Shown piece by piece: positions 8,671 through 18,737 of a stretch of DNA of 64,000 bases (position 1 is the first letter of the stretch; every line of letters begins with the position of its first letter). The position numbers and the translations under genes were made by a program. The stretch spans positions 544,001-608,000 of the forward strand of contig OZ241744.1 of the NCBI GenBank assembly GCA_965200965.1, in the 5' to 3' direction. Below the pieces are notes generated by a model, which was not told the DNA's origin, made no database searches, and was given only the letters and a program-made list of their open reading frames with translations. Origin of the DNA: an uncultured Candidatus Binatia bacterium (GTDB lineage Bacteria > Desulfobacterota > Binatia > Bin18).

Positions 8671-9879
8671 ATGACAGAACAACTCCTGACGGGCCTGAAA
8701 GTCGTTGAATGCGGCAATCTGGTCTCGGCCCCCTATCTGGGCAAGCTGGTGGCCGACCTCGGGGCCGAAGTGGTCAAGGTTGAGGAGCCTGGCGGCGATA
8801 GCGCCCGCCGGCGTGGACCCTTCCCCGGCGATACCCCGCACCCGGAAAAGAGCGGCCTGTTTCTGTATTTGAACACCAATAAGCTCGGCGTCACATTGGA
8901 TCTCCACTCGGCCAAGGGTCGGGGGCTGTTACAGAGCCTGTGCAGTCGGGCCGACCTGCTCATCCACAACTATCGGCCGTCTGAGATGGCCGGCCTGGGT
9001 CTTGACTTTGACACGCTGCGGCGGACCAACCCCGGCCTGATTATGACCACAATTTCGTATTTTGGCTGCACCGGGCCCTACCGCGACTATCACGCCTTTG
9101 AGCTCACGGCCAGCAACGCCGGCGGCTGGGCGTTCATCAGCCCCGGTGCCTCAGACCACGCCGAGCTGCCCCCGCTCAAAGCCTTTGGCCACCAAGCCGA
9201 TTTCCAGGGCGGGATACACGCCGCGGTGGCGACCCTCGGTGCCTATTATCGCCGGCTGCTGAGCGGCCAGGGCCAGCACGTTGATGTGTCAATCCAGGAG
9301 TGTATTGCCGCCATTCTGGAGATGAACTTCATGCACTACACCTACGGCGGGACTGAGACCTCGCGCTTGGGCCGGCGGTCGATTTTTCCGTGGTGTATGC
9401 TTGACTGCCAGGATGGCAAGCTGTTTGTGATTAGCGTGGAAGAAGACCAGTGGCAGCGCCTTGTTGAGCTGATGGGCGAGCCCGAGTGGGCCTCGCTGGA
9501 GATTTTCCAGGACCGGGTCCAGCGCGGCTTGAACTACGACGCGCTCTTTCCCCTGCTCCAGGAGTGGGCGGCCAACTGGAAGGTGGCCGACCTGTACAAG
9601 GCCGGTCAAGAGCGGCGTATCTGCATGGCACCGGTGCATACCATGGCCGACCTGTTTGCCTCCGAGCATCTGAAAGCCCGCCAGTTCTTCACCACGGTCA
9701 GCCACCAGGTGGCCGGCACGCTTGACTACCCTGGGGGTCCGTTCAGGGTTTCCGAGGGCGGGGTCAAGACGCCTCGGGCGGCCCCGCTGCTGGGCGAGCA
9801 CAATGAACAGGTTTACTGCGGCCGGCTGGGACTGTCGCCGGCGGAAGTGGCAGAGCTGAAGCGGCAAGGCATCATGTAA
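8671..9879 (+). CDS. CaiB/BaiF family III CoA-transferase
   Basis: LADLGAEVVKVEEPGGD, LNTNKLGVTLDL, HQADFQGG, RAAPLLGEHN. Confidence 0.92.
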   Translation: MTEQLLTGLKVVECGNLVSAPYLGKLVADLGAEVVKVEEPGGDSARRRGPFPGDTPHPEKSGLFLYLNTNKLGVTLDLHSAKGRGLLQSLCSRADLLIHNYRPSEMAGLGLDFDTLRRTNPGLIMTTISYFGCTGPYRDYHAFELTASNAGGWAFISPGASDHAELPPLKAFGHQADFQGGIHAAVATLGAYYRRLLSGQGQHVDVSIQECIAAILEMNFMHYTYGGTETSRLGRRSIFPWCMLDCQDGKLFVISVEEDQWQRLVELMGEPEWASLEIFQDRVQRGLNYDALFPLLQEWAANWKVADLYKAGQERRICMAPVHTMADLFASEHLKARQFFTTVSHQVAGTLDYPGGPFRVSEGGVKTPRAAPLLGEHNEQVYCGRLGLSPAEVAELKRQGIM

Positions 9880-9889
9880 GAGGTATCTC

Positions 9890-11110
9890 ATGGCAGCACT
9901 GCGACCCTTGGATGGCATTCGCGTTCTGGACTTTACCTGGGCCTGGGCCGGCCCTTACTGTACGCTACAGATGGCCCATATGGGGGCAGAGGTTATTCGC
10001 ATTGAGAGTGCAAAACGGCCGTGCGTCACCCGCCTGATTCCGCCATTTGCGGATGACCAGCCAAGCCCCAACCGGGCCGGCTATTTTAACCAGTACAACC
10101 AGGCCAAGAAGAGTGTGCAGCTTGATCTGGGCCGGCCCGAGGCGGCCGGAATTGTCAAAAAGCTGGCAGCCCAGTCTGATATCGTTGTCCAGAACTTTTC
10201 GGCTGGGGCGATTGAGCGCATGGGCTTTGGCTATGACACGCTCCGCCAGGTCAAGCCCGACATCATTATGATTTCCATCTGTGGCTATGGGCAGACCGGT
10301 CCTGAGCGCGCATACATGGGCTATGGGCCGGCCTCGGTGCCCTTGGCCGGGATCTCGTCGCTGTCTGGCTACCGGGACAAGGAGCCGGCCGAGGTCGGGA
10401 TTTCCTACGGCGACCCAAACGCCGGCATCTTTGGTGCGTTTGCGGCCCTGGCGGCCCTGGCCTATCGGCAGCGGACCGGTCGCGGCGTCCATGTCGATCT
10501 GGCGCTGTGGGAAGCGCTGCTAGTCCTGATGCCCGAGGGGCTGATGGACTATGCCATGAACAAGACCCAGGCTGAGCGGGACGGCAACCACGACCGCTGG
10601 ATGGCACCCCACGGCTGTTTCAAGTGCCGGGGTGACGCCGAGAAATGGGTCACGATTGTGTGCGGCTCGGACGCCGAATGGCGTGCTCTGTGCGGGGCCA
10701 TTGGTCAGCCCGGGCTGGCGACCGATACACGCTTTGCCAACGCCACCGCCCGCAAAGCCAACGAAGACGCGCTGGAGGGAATCCTGACGGCCTGGACCGA
10801 GCAGCGCGACCGCTGGGAGGTGACTGAGGTTTTACAACAAGCCGGGGTGGCGGCCTTTCCGTCGATGAGCAACAAGGACTTGGCCACCGACCGCCACCTT
10901 GAAGCGCGCGGCTACCTGGTCCGGAAAGAACATCCAGAGTTCGGCAAGCGTATCCACGCCGGTATTCCGTGGCAGATGTCGGGTACGCCGTGTGAGGTCC
11001 GGGCCGCGGCTCCGCAGCGTGGGCAGCACACCGACGAGGTATTGGGCGGGTTGCTGGGCCTGTCGGAAGCCGGGATTCGGCGGCTGCGCGACGGACAGGT
11101 GTTGCGGTAA
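9890..11110 (+). CDS. CaiB/BaiF family III CoA-transferase
   Basis: LDGIRVLDFTWAWAGP, YNQAKKSVQLDL, SYGDPNAG (catalytic Asp), APQRGQHT. Confidence 0.92.
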   Translation: MAALRPLDGIRVLDFTWAWAGPYCTLQMAHMGAEVIRIESAKRPCVTRLIPPFADDQPSPNRAGYFNQYNQAKKSVQLDLGRPEAAGIVKKLAAQSDIVVQNFSAGAIERMGFGYDTLRQVKPDIIMISICGYGQTGPERAYMGYGPASVPLAGISSLSGYRDKEPAEVGISYGDPNAGIFGAFAALAALAYRQRTGRGVHVDLALWEALLVLMPEGLMDYAMNKTQAERDGNHDRWMAPHGCFKCRGDAEKWVTIVCGSDAEWRALCGAIGQPGLATDTRFANATARKANEDALEGILTAWTEQRDRWEVTEVLQQAGVAAFPSMSNKDLATDRHLEARGYLVRKEHPEFGKRIHAGIPWQMSGTPCEVRAAAPQRGQHTDEVLGGLLGLSEAGIRRLRDGQVLR

Positions 11111-11113
11111 GCC

Positions 11114-12388
11114 ATGCTGAATGCTGTTCTCATCCTTGTCTTCGGGCTGCTTGTCAGCGCGTGCAGTCAGCCGCAAAAGAAGCCGTTCTCGAACCCCAGG
11201 CGATACGCTGACCCGCCGCCGACGGCCGTGCCCGCACCCGGTCCGGGTGGCTCAGGTCCGGCCGCGGGCTGGAGTCAGAGCGTTGCTGAGCGGGCGATTA
11301 GCGGCTACCCAAGGCTGCGCGAGAGCGTGTGGATGTGCGCCCGCCCCCCGCACGGCCAGCACGATCATATCGCCGTCCACCGCATTCGGGCCGCGGACCC
11401 GCCGGCCGACCGGCCGCTGTTTTTCTTTCTGCCCGGTGCGCACCACCACGGCGAGGTTGTGGTGGCCGATGAACGCTACGACCTGCGGCTGTATCTGGCC
11501 CAGCGCGGGATCGAGTCCTGGACCCTCAACTACCGGACGCATTTTATCTCCCGTGAGCAGATATTTGACTCCGACTTCATGCAGGGCTGGACCACCCAGG
11601 TCTTTATTGAGGACGCTGCCGCGGCCGCGGATTTTGTCCGTCACACGAGCGGGGTGCAGAAAATTTTTGTCGGTGGCTATAGCCGCGGGGCAAGCTTTGC
11701 GGCCCTGATGGCGGCCCGCTACAGCCGCCAGGATGTGCTCGGCTTGGCCCTGCTGGACGGCTACGTCCTTGAGCCGCCCGAGTGGCGGACGATCTATCGG
11801 GAACGGAAGCAGACCCCTGCCTGGTTTGCCGACGATCTGGAGCGGCGTTATGTGCCCTACCGCCGCTGGATCAAGGTGCTGCAAGAGACACTGGCCGAGC
11901 CCGACGGTCCCGATTTCATGCCGGTCCACCTGTTTGAGAATCGGGCCGAGATGCTGAAACACTTTCTGTTTGTTTCCCCGACCTATGGGCAGCAGGGTGG
12001 GCTGTCCAACGCCAGGGGCGGCTACGCCGATATCCTGGTCCTGGCCCGGATATTTCTCCACCAGGACCGCTACTGGCCGCGGGTGCAGAATCACGGTGGT
12101 TTCGAGCTCCAGCGGCATCTGGCCGATGCCGGGTTCGACTATGCCAGCGCCCTGGCCGAGCTCAATGTTCCGATCATCGCCTTTGCCAGCGGCAATATGG
12201 ACAAAGCCGGCATTGCCTGGGCCGGACGGGTTGAGTATACCGCCCGGGCAACGGCGAGCCGCGATGTTCAGTACAGCCTGCTCCAGGATTGGGGCCACCT
12301 CGACGTGCTGCTGGGCATGGCCGCGGCAGAGCGGGTCTTCTCACCCCTGGCAGAGTGGATACGCCGGCATACGCCCCACACCCCCTGA
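11114..12388 (+). CDS. Lipoprotein, alpha/beta-hydrolase fold (putative esterase/lipase)
   Basis: Lipobox LVSA-C, FFLPG oxyanion loop, GYSRG nucleophile elbow, C-terminal WGHLDV. Confidence 0.7.
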   Translation: MLNAVLILVFGLLVSACSQPQKKPFSNPRRYADPPPTAVPAPGPGGSGPAAGWSQSVAERAISGYPRLRESVWMCARPPHGQHDHIAVHRIRAADPPADRPLFFFLPGAHHHGEVVVADERYDLRLYLAQRGIESWTLNYRTHFISREQIFDSDFMQGWTTQVFIEDAAAAADFVRHTSGVQKIFVGGYSRGASFAALMAARYSRQDVLGLALLDGYVLEPPEWRTIYRERKQTPAWFADDLERRYVPYRRWIKVLQETLAEPDGPDFMPVHLFENRAEMLKHFLFVSPTYGQQGGLSNARGGYADILVLARIFLHQDRYWPRVQNHGGFELQRHLADAGFDYASALAELNVPIIAFASGNMDKAGIAWAGRVEYTARATASRDVQYSLLQDWGHLDVLLGMAAAERVFSPLAEWIRRHTPHTP

Positions 12389-12461
12389 GTCAACAGGCCA
12401 CGGCTTCCCGACACCGCCCCTGACGCCAGGGGTGTGTACCCGCCCGATCGCGGCTGTCTGC

Positions 12462-12490
12462 TTGCATGTTGGGGTGTTCCCAAGTACAAT
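12462..12490 (+). promoter_or_regulatory. Sigma70-type promoter with a palindrome in the spacer
   Basis: TTGCAT-N17-TACAAT about 75 nt upstream of ATG 12567. The spacer contains TTGGG-N5-CCCAA. Confidence 0.55.
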
Positions 12491-12566
12491 CCCGCCCGGC
12501 TCTCGAACGACTGAACAGGCATTCAGTTGACGGGAGACCCGTTCGCACACGTCAGGAGGGGAGCGT

Positions 12567-13817
12567 ATGGCCGCACAAAACACGCGCGGGATGCTGACCG
12601 GCTATAAGGTGCTGGATTTTACCCAGATTGTCGCCGGACCAACCACAACGCGGCTGATGGCCGAAATGGGTGCCGAGGTCATCAAGGTTGAACAAGCCCC
12701 GGACGGCGACCCGGCCCGCCAGAATCCGGTCTGGAAGCAAGGCCGCAGCGGCTATTTCATGCAGCATAATCTGGGCAAGCAGAGCCTGTGTGTGAATCTC
12801 AAGACCGAAGCCGGCCGTGATCTGGTCCGCGGCCTGGTGCCACACGTTGACGTGGTGGTCGAGAACTACAGCCCGGGGGTAATCGGACGCTTGGGGCTAG
12901 GCTACGCGGTTCTGAAGGAACTCAACCCCAGGCTGGTCATGTGTTCGATTTCAGCCCTGGGTCAGACCGGGCCACTGTCCCATGTGCCAGGCTTTGACTA
13001 TATTGCCCAGGCCTATGCCGGTGTGACCGAGGTGATGGGGGAGCCCGACCAGCCGCCGGTCATCCCGATGGTGGCGATGGGCGATGTCAGCACCGGCGTC
13101 CACGCCCTGGCCGCGATTGCGTGCTGCCTGCTGAACCGTGAGCGCACCGGTGAGGGCCAGTACATTGACGTGTCGCTCCTCGACTCCTATATCCATGTCC
13201 ACGATTTCAGCCTCGAAACTTATACCGGGACCCAAGGCCGGTTTGTTCCGACCCGGGGCGGCTCGCATCACACCGGGCTGACCCCGTGCGGCGTGTTCAA
13301 GGCTGCGCAGGGCTACATTATGATTATCGCTGCCCTGGATCACCAGTGGCAGGGCTTGACCAGGGTCATGCGGCGGCCCGAGCTGGCCGACGACCCACGC
13401 TTCCGCAATGTCCGCGCGCGGCGCAAAAACCGTGAAGTCTTGATCCCTGCGATTGAGCGCTGGTTGTTGTCCCTGCCCGACCGCCAGGCGGCACTCGACG
13501 CCCTGGACCGCGAACGGGTGCCGGCCGCCCCGGTGCTGACCGTGCCCGAGCTGGTTGAGCATCCGCACCTGCTCGAGCGCCAAGCCGTGCGCCCGGTGTC
13601 TGACCCGCTGCTGGGCGAGTTTATGATTCCCGGCTTTCCGTTTCGGTTTTCCGGCCATCCGCTGCCCGAGGTCGTGCCAGCCCCCGACCTCGGGCAGCAT
13701 AATGCCGCGGTGCTGGAGCGCTACTTGGGCTATGGGGCAGACCAGATCGCCGAGTTGTCAGCCAATGGCATCCTGGTCCGGCAAGCCGCGGGGGCAGAAT
13801 ACGAAGAGAAAGGATAG
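12567..13817 (+). CDS. CaiB/BaiF family III CoA-transferase
   Basis: KVLDFTQIVAGP, HNLGKQSLCVNL, ENYSPG, MGDVSTG (catalytic Asp), APDLGQHN. Confidence 0.92.
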   Translation: MAAQNTRGMLTGYKVLDFTQIVAGPTTTRLMAEMGAEVIKVEQAPDGDPARQNPVWKQGRSGYFMQHNLGKQSLCVNLKTEAGRDLVRGLVPHVDVVVENYSPGVIGRLGLGYAVLKELNPRLVMCSISALGQTGPLSHVPGFDYIAQAYAGVTEVMGEPDQPPVIPMVAMGDVSTGVHALAAIACCLLNRERTGEGQYIDVSLLDSYIHVHDFSLETYTGTQGRFVPTRGGSHHTGLTPCGVFKAAQGYIMIIAALDHQWQGLTRVMRRPELADDPRFRNVRARRKNREVLIPAIERWLLSLPDRQAALDALDRERVPAAPVLTVPELVEHPHLLERQAVRPVSDPLLGEFMIPGFPFRFSGHPLPEVVPAPDLGQHNAAVLERYLGYGADQIAELSANGILVRQAAGAEYEEKG

Positions 13818-13825
13818 TCAAAGGA

Positions 13826-15550
13826 ATGGCACACCGTTTCAGCCGAGTCTGCCTGCCAGCCAGCCTTGTCCTCGCGCTGTGGACCACGCCGAGCTATGCC
13901 CTCTGGGACGGACCGCTCAATAAGCCGATTGGCTGGGCGAGCAATACCTGGTCGCGCTTTGACCGCTTCCTGGCAACCTTTGACCCGGCCGGCCGCTATG
14001 TCCGCCAGCCGGTTGAACGCCGCATGCCGGCCCTGACCTTCAAGGGGTTTTATCGGCAGTGGTCCGATGTCCTGCTGACCAGCAACCAGACCATCCACAA
14101 CCGTCGCCGAGACTTCCGCTTCCTCCAGCTCCAACACCTGCTGGAGTTGGAATCCCACTATCAACTCTCGCCCAATATCGAAGTTACCAACATCAGCCAT
14201 TTTCTGTACGACGGGGTGTACAACTGGCAAGACTCCTCGGGCCTGTACGGCGACCGGGCCAGCGAGACCCTGCGCGCCTACCATAATTTTGACCGGATTG
14301 TGCGCGAACTGTACCTCAGCTACCGCACCCATAATCTGGACCTGGTGATCGGCAAGCAACAGATCGCCTGGGGAAAAATGGACGGGCGCTATATTGACAC
14401 GATCAACGCTATTGACAACCGTGAGGGTGCTCAGGTCGAGGCGGCCGAGTATGAGTTCCGGCGCTTGCCGGTCTTTATGCTGAACACGACGTATTTCTTT
14501 GGTGCCAACTCCCTCAACTTTCTGTGGATTCCGCACTTTGAGCACAACCGCAGCGCGGCCTTTGGCTCGCCCTGGGCCACCCCGTTTCTGCCCGAGGACG
14601 CTGAGAGCATCCTGACCAGCGATGAAGATGTGCTGCTCGGCCGCAAAGACTTCAGCGGCAATTACATCCTCAAGCGCCGGCGTCCGTCGTCCGGCGACTG
14701 GGGCGACCATGAGTTCGGCGTCCGCCTTGACGTGTCAATGGAACCGCTCACCTGGGGGCTGGTCTACTACTACGCCTGGAACAAGTCGGCCCAGCACTTC
14801 CTGATTGACCGGGCGATTGACGAGAACGGCGATATCCATCTGATCCTCCAGCCGCGTCATACCCGGCTGCACCATTTCGGCCTGACCGCGGACTATGCCA
14901 CCTCGTTCGCCAATGTGCCCCTGGTAGGCGAGCTGCCTATGGTGCTGCGTGTCGAAGGGCTGTGGACCAAGGCCGTCGAGTTTCAGGACTTTGGCCGCTT
15001 TGGGGCCGCGGACGAGCTGCCGCCGCCCGATTTCAGGATTGATACCAGGCAGCACAACGCCGAAGATGTGCGGCGGATGGTGGCTGCCCGTCGCCGGGCT
15101 GGTCAGGGCGAGCGCTTCAAGTCCGGCGGCCATGTGTCTCGGGATACGCTGCGGGCCGCGGTCGCCCTGGAGTTTGCCCTGCCCGGCAATACCTCATTTA
15201 TTTTTCAGCCCTCGCTGCTGTACACCTTTGACTGGCGTGACACCCTGGGCAGTGGCTTTGGGGGCGGGGTTGGTGACGAGTGGAACGTGCTGCCGGTGGT
15301 GTTTGTCGGCCGGCCCTTCCGCTTTACGCGCGACCGCCTGAACATCAGCTTTACGGCCATCCCGTGGCTCAGCGGCCCGCACCGCAACTGGCAGGGCTTG
15401 AAAACCAGACTGGTGGCCAGCTATAACTTCTCCCAATTCATCACCGGCCGGATGACCTATACGGCATTCAGCGCCGGCTCCGGCAGTGACATCTACGCCC
15501 TGTACGGGAAGTATGACAATATTGGCTGGGAGTTGAGTTACGAGTTTTAG
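13826..15550 (+). CDS. Outer-membrane beta-barrel protein (DUF1302-like)
   Basis: Signal peptide, RELYLSY...IGKQQIAWGKMDG motif, alternating amphipathic strands, terminal WELSYEF (BAM signal). Confidence 0.72.
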   Translation: MAHRFSRVCLPASLVLALWTTPSYALWDGPLNKPIGWASNTWSRFDRFLATFDPAGRYVRQPVERRMPALTFKGFYRQWSDVLLTSNQTIHNRRRDFRFLQLQHLLELESHYQLSPNIEVTNISHFLYDGVYNWQDSSGLYGDRASETLRAYHNFDRIVRELYLSYRTHNLDLVIGKQQIAWGKMDGRYIDTINAIDNREGAQVEAAEYEFRRLPVFMLNTTYFFGANSLNFLWIPHFEHNRSAAFGSPWATPFLPEDAESILTSDEDVLLGRKDFSGNYILKRRRPSSGDWGDHEFGVRLDVSMEPLTWGLVYYYAWNKSAQHFLIDRAIDENGDIHLILQPRHTRLHHFGLTADYATSFANVPLVGELPMVLRVEGLWTKAVEFQDFGRFGAADELPPPDFRIDTRQHNAEDVRRMVAARRRAGQGERFKSGGHVSRDTLRAAVALEFALPGNTSFIFQPSLLYTFDWRDTLGSGFGGGVGDEWNVLPVVFVGRPFRFTRDRLNISFTAIPWLSGPHRNWQGLKTRLVASYNFSQFITGRMTYTAFSAGSGSDIYALYGKYDNIGWELSYEF

Positions 15551-15552
15551 CC

Positions 15553-16956
15553 ATGAAAAGCCTTGCCCTGTGTGTGTTGGTCGTCCTGCTGGTGCCGGCC
15601 GGGGTCGGTGGCCAGGACACTGGGGCCGGGCCAAAATCCTGGAAGACGCTAGCCGAGATGTCTGCCGAAGAAAAAGCCGGGCTGGATTTTCGGACCGACA
15701 CCCCGCGCAGCCCGGCCGTCCCCTATCTGCCGGCCGAGCCCTATCCGTTTGAAGCGCCGTATACCGCCGAAGAGCTGGGCTATCGTTCAATGGAGTTCAC
15801 CCATGTGTCGCGCTGGTCCTACGTCATGGCCGATGCCTTTGGCTCCATGACCAGCGGCGGCTATCTGCACCAGGGCGTCACGATCGGGCTTAATTTCTAC
15901 ATGCCGGCCGAGGCCGGTCTTGCCGGTCAGCTCCAAACCCTACCGGGTCAGGACTTCTTTCGGATGGTGTTTTACTACACCGCGCCGTCCGAAATGCTGG
16001 GCGCGCAAGACCTGTGGATTCTGCGCCGGACCGATAGGGACACCACCACCAAGCTGGACTATTTCGCCTACGCGCCGGCCCTCCGGCGGGTGCGGCGCAT
16101 TCCCCAGCCCCGGCGGGGCGAGCGCTTCCCCAACAATGTCCAGTCCTTTGACGACATCATCGGGCGTGACGCCTGGGAGTTCAGCTGGCGTGTGCTGGGG
16201 ACCGATGTCCTGTACGAGACAGTCCGGTTTCCCAATACCCGGCCCAGCCTGACCCTGGCCAAGCCGGACGGCACATTTTTTGACCGGCCGACCACGCAGC
16301 TCAAAATGATGTGGGACAACTACCCGTTCTACCGGCCTGACGGTGGGGTCGCGTGTTATGTGGTCGAAGCCACCACCCGCCAAGAATGGCTGCCCAACTA
16401 TCCGACCAGCAAGCTCATCTACTGGCTCGACCGTCACTATTTCTACCCGCTGCGGATTGAGCAGTACGACCACGACGGCCAGCTCCAGGTGGTTGAGGTC
16501 CGCATTGCCCGCCAGGATAATCCGGCCCTCGGCGACACAGGCTACGCGGCCCTGCTCACGGTCTACTACGATGTGTCGCTCGACCTGATGAGCTACAGCA
16601 TCCACGACGCCCACCTGCTCAAAACGTGGTCAGACAAGGATAAGGCCGTGGTGTTCGGCCCGGATTTCATGCGCCGCGGTTGGTTGATGCACCCCCTCAA
16701 AACCCAGACCCTGGTGAACACGCCAGACGAGTTCTATATGCGCCCGCGGCTCTACCCGGACAAGTTCCCCCAGGACCGGACGGTCGTGCTGTCGCCCGAG
16801 GTAGCCGCCCGCATCCGGGCCCAGGAGGCGGCCGGCCGGCTGGTATTTGAGACCCCGCTTGAGCTTGCCGAAGTCAAAGGCCAGCCGCCGGCGCTCGCCG
16901 CCGCGGGTGAGGAGCCTAGCCCAAACACCTCTGCTGAAAGGAGGCCCCGGAGATGA
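15553..16956 (+). CDS. Periplasmic DUF1329 / outer-membrane lipoprotein-sorting (LolA-like) protein
   Basis: Signal peptide, YAPALRRVRR, CYVVEA and KLIYWLD...YPLRIEQYD motifs typical of this superfamily. Follows the barrel gene after 2 nt. Confidence 0.68.
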   Translation: MKSLALCVLVVLLVPAGVGGQDTGAGPKSWKTLAEMSAEEKAGLDFRTDTPRSPAVPYLPAEPYPFEAPYTAEELGYRSMEFTHVSRWSYVMADAFGSMTSGGYLHQGVTIGLNFYMPAEAGLAGQLQTLPGQDFFRMVFYYTAPSEMLGAQDLWILRRTDRDTTTKLDYFAYAPALRRVRRIPQPRRGERFPNNVQSFDDIIGRDAWEFSWRVLGTDVLYETVRFPNTRPSLTLAKPDGTFFDRPTTQLKMMWDNYPFYRPDGGVACYVVEATTRQEWLPNYPTSKLIYWLDRHYFYPLRIEQYDHDGQLQVVEVRIARQDNPALGDTGYAALLTVYYDVSLDLMSYSIHDAHLLKTWSDKDKAVVFGPDFMRRGWLMHPLKTQTLVNTPDEFYMRPRLYPDKFPQDRTVVLSPEVAARIRAQEAAGRLVFETPLELAEVKGQPPALAAAGEEPSPNTSAERRPRR

Positions 16957-17541
16957 GAAGAATCATTGTCGCTTTCTGGCTTGTTTTTGTGCTCTCGCCC
17001 CCAGGCTGGGCGGCTCTCATTGAACTCCCGGCCTCGGGAGGCACAGCCAGCGGAATCGGGATCGTGTCCGGCTGGAAATGTGAGGCTGGGACGTTGACCG
17101 TCCGCTTCAACGGCGGGAATCCTCTTGAGATGCCGTACGGGTCGGGTCTCCACGCGGCGATACGCTTGACGTATGCGGGAATGCCGACAATGGCTATGCG
17201 CTCCTCATGAAACAACCTCCTCGGCCCGGGACAACATACCGCGGTGGTGTATGACGATAACCGCGACGGTTGGTGACCGCGGCGCTTTTGGCGGGCCAGC
17301 GACCTGGAGTGTGACCAACCCGTGTGACGGCGAGACGCTTGATATAGATATCACGCCTCTCACATCAGATGGGTTCTGGGCTAGTGATATCCACCTCGAG
17401 TTTGTCCAAGGCGGCACCCAGTTTGGTTCTCGCCATTATACTTGGCTCGATAGGAATGCGCGGGATAGCGTCTATGGCAATGTCTTGTCCGGCATCACAA
17501 AGCAAACCACCGTGTCCACCTCGTCTCTGAACTTTTCATAG
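16953..17541 (+). pseudogene. Decayed exported protein (SGIGIVSGWKC...DTLDVCG...NLLGPGQHT domain)
   Basis: Signal peptide and domain continue across a 5-bp duplication (GGGTC x2, 17139-17148), a small deletion near 17210 and a further shift near 17260. Confidence 0.65.
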
Positions 17542-17600
17542 CCCTTCAGGATGTATTACGACAGGCAGCTCATTTTTGAGTTCCGCTAACGAGTATCCGC

Positions 17601-18737
17601 TCAGTCGGCTGCCTGTTCCGGGAGGGCGAATTCGTCAGGCGACAATTTGAGCGGTCCAATGACGGTATTCGCATTCTTTGGGTCGTCTCTGAAAGAGAGA
17701 TCCACTCCAACAGTGCAGGCTGATATGCGTTGACTCGCTCGCCTGTAATGGTCTTTGTCATTTTCAAAGGCAATCATTCTCCGCTCAAGCTCGTTTGCGG
17801 CACACACGGTTGTCCCTGCCCCGGCAAAGGGATCAAGTACGAGCTCTCCCTTTTGACTGAATAGGGACATCAATTCTCGAAACAACCCAAGCGGTTTTTG
17901 GGTGGGGTGTATGCGATGTTGTGGGGACGGCGACTTATAGGTAAACACATTATGCACGACCCCGTGGCCATAAAATTTCGTTCCAGGCCGTTTCCCAATC
18001 ACCCCTGCCTCCCACGCATTCACCGGCTTAAAACGGGTATTAAACGGAACCGGATTCGTTTTATGCCACACAATCGTGCCCACAGCATTAAAACCCTGGT
18101 CCTTCAGAATGCGCTCATAGTCGCCTATTTGTGCCTGAGAACAGAAGATCACGGCCCATCCCCGGACCTTTGGAATAATGACCTCAGCCCAGGTGCGCGG
18201 ACTGAAATTCTGATCCCATGCTCCAAAGTCCCCCTTGGGCATAATAAAATCGCCCCCATTTGGCCGGAGCCGACGCGGGATTTGTTGCTCACAGGTATAG
18301 GCGTTGCTGATGGAATACGGGGGGTCTGTTAAGAGGAGGTCAATGGATTTGTCTGCTAAGCGGGCTGAGCCTGCTATCCCGTCACCATAGAAGAACCCTG
18401 CATCATCAGGAGTGTGTTGTGTTTGGAGTTCGGCAGGGAGCGCGTGGCTCTCGGGAATGCGCTGAATAGCCTGATCCAGGTCCGCGCGTGCAGGCGCTTT
18501 GATAATGCAGAGGTGCTTATCAAGATAGACCTCGCCAACGGAATGTGCGCCAGTGCCCCTTTTGACCAATAAGGGGACACACCATGCCGTGGGTCCCTGC
18601 TTTGGCTGTCCAAGGGACAGCTGTGTGCGCTCTCCGGTCAAGGTTTCAGACATCCAGGTATTCACAGCTGCCTTGACGAGTAAGCGCTGCTGCTCTGGGG
18701 GAGAACCACGCTCGCACCACAACTCTTGTTGTGACAT
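17601..18737 (-). CDS. Site-specific DNA methyltransferase (N6A/N4C, beta class) with extra N-terminal domain
   Basis: LLLTDPPY (motif IV) precedes HPTQKP and VLDPFAGAGTT (motif I). GGAGG RBS before ATG 18737. More AT-rich than the flanks. Confidence 0.9.
   Translation of the reverse strand: MSQQELWCERGSPPEQQRLLVKAAVNTWMSETLTGERTQLSLGQPKQGPTAWCVPLLVKRGTGAHSVGEVYLDKHLCIIKAPARADLDQAIQRIPESHALPAELQTQHTPDDAGFFYGDGIAGSARLADKSIDLLLTDPPYSISNAYTCEQQIPRRLRPNGGDFIMPKGDFGAWDQNFSPRTWAEVIIPKVRGWAVIFCSQAQIGDYERILKDQGFNAVGTIVWHKTNPVPFNTRFKPVNAWEAGVIGKRPGTKFYGHGVVHNVFTYKSPSPQHRIHPTQKPLGLFRELMSLFSQKGELVLDPFAGAGTTVCAANELERRMIAFENDKDHYRRASQRISACTVGVDLSFRDDPKNANTVIGPLKLSPDEFALPEQAAD

Noticed and set aside
11252-12298. 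Long antisense ORFs (also 13730-14710, 31807-32661, 35335-36357, 37084-38370, 43472-44605)
   Set aside because: They lie opposite well-supported genes, which is expected in high-GC DNA, and show no recognisable motifs.
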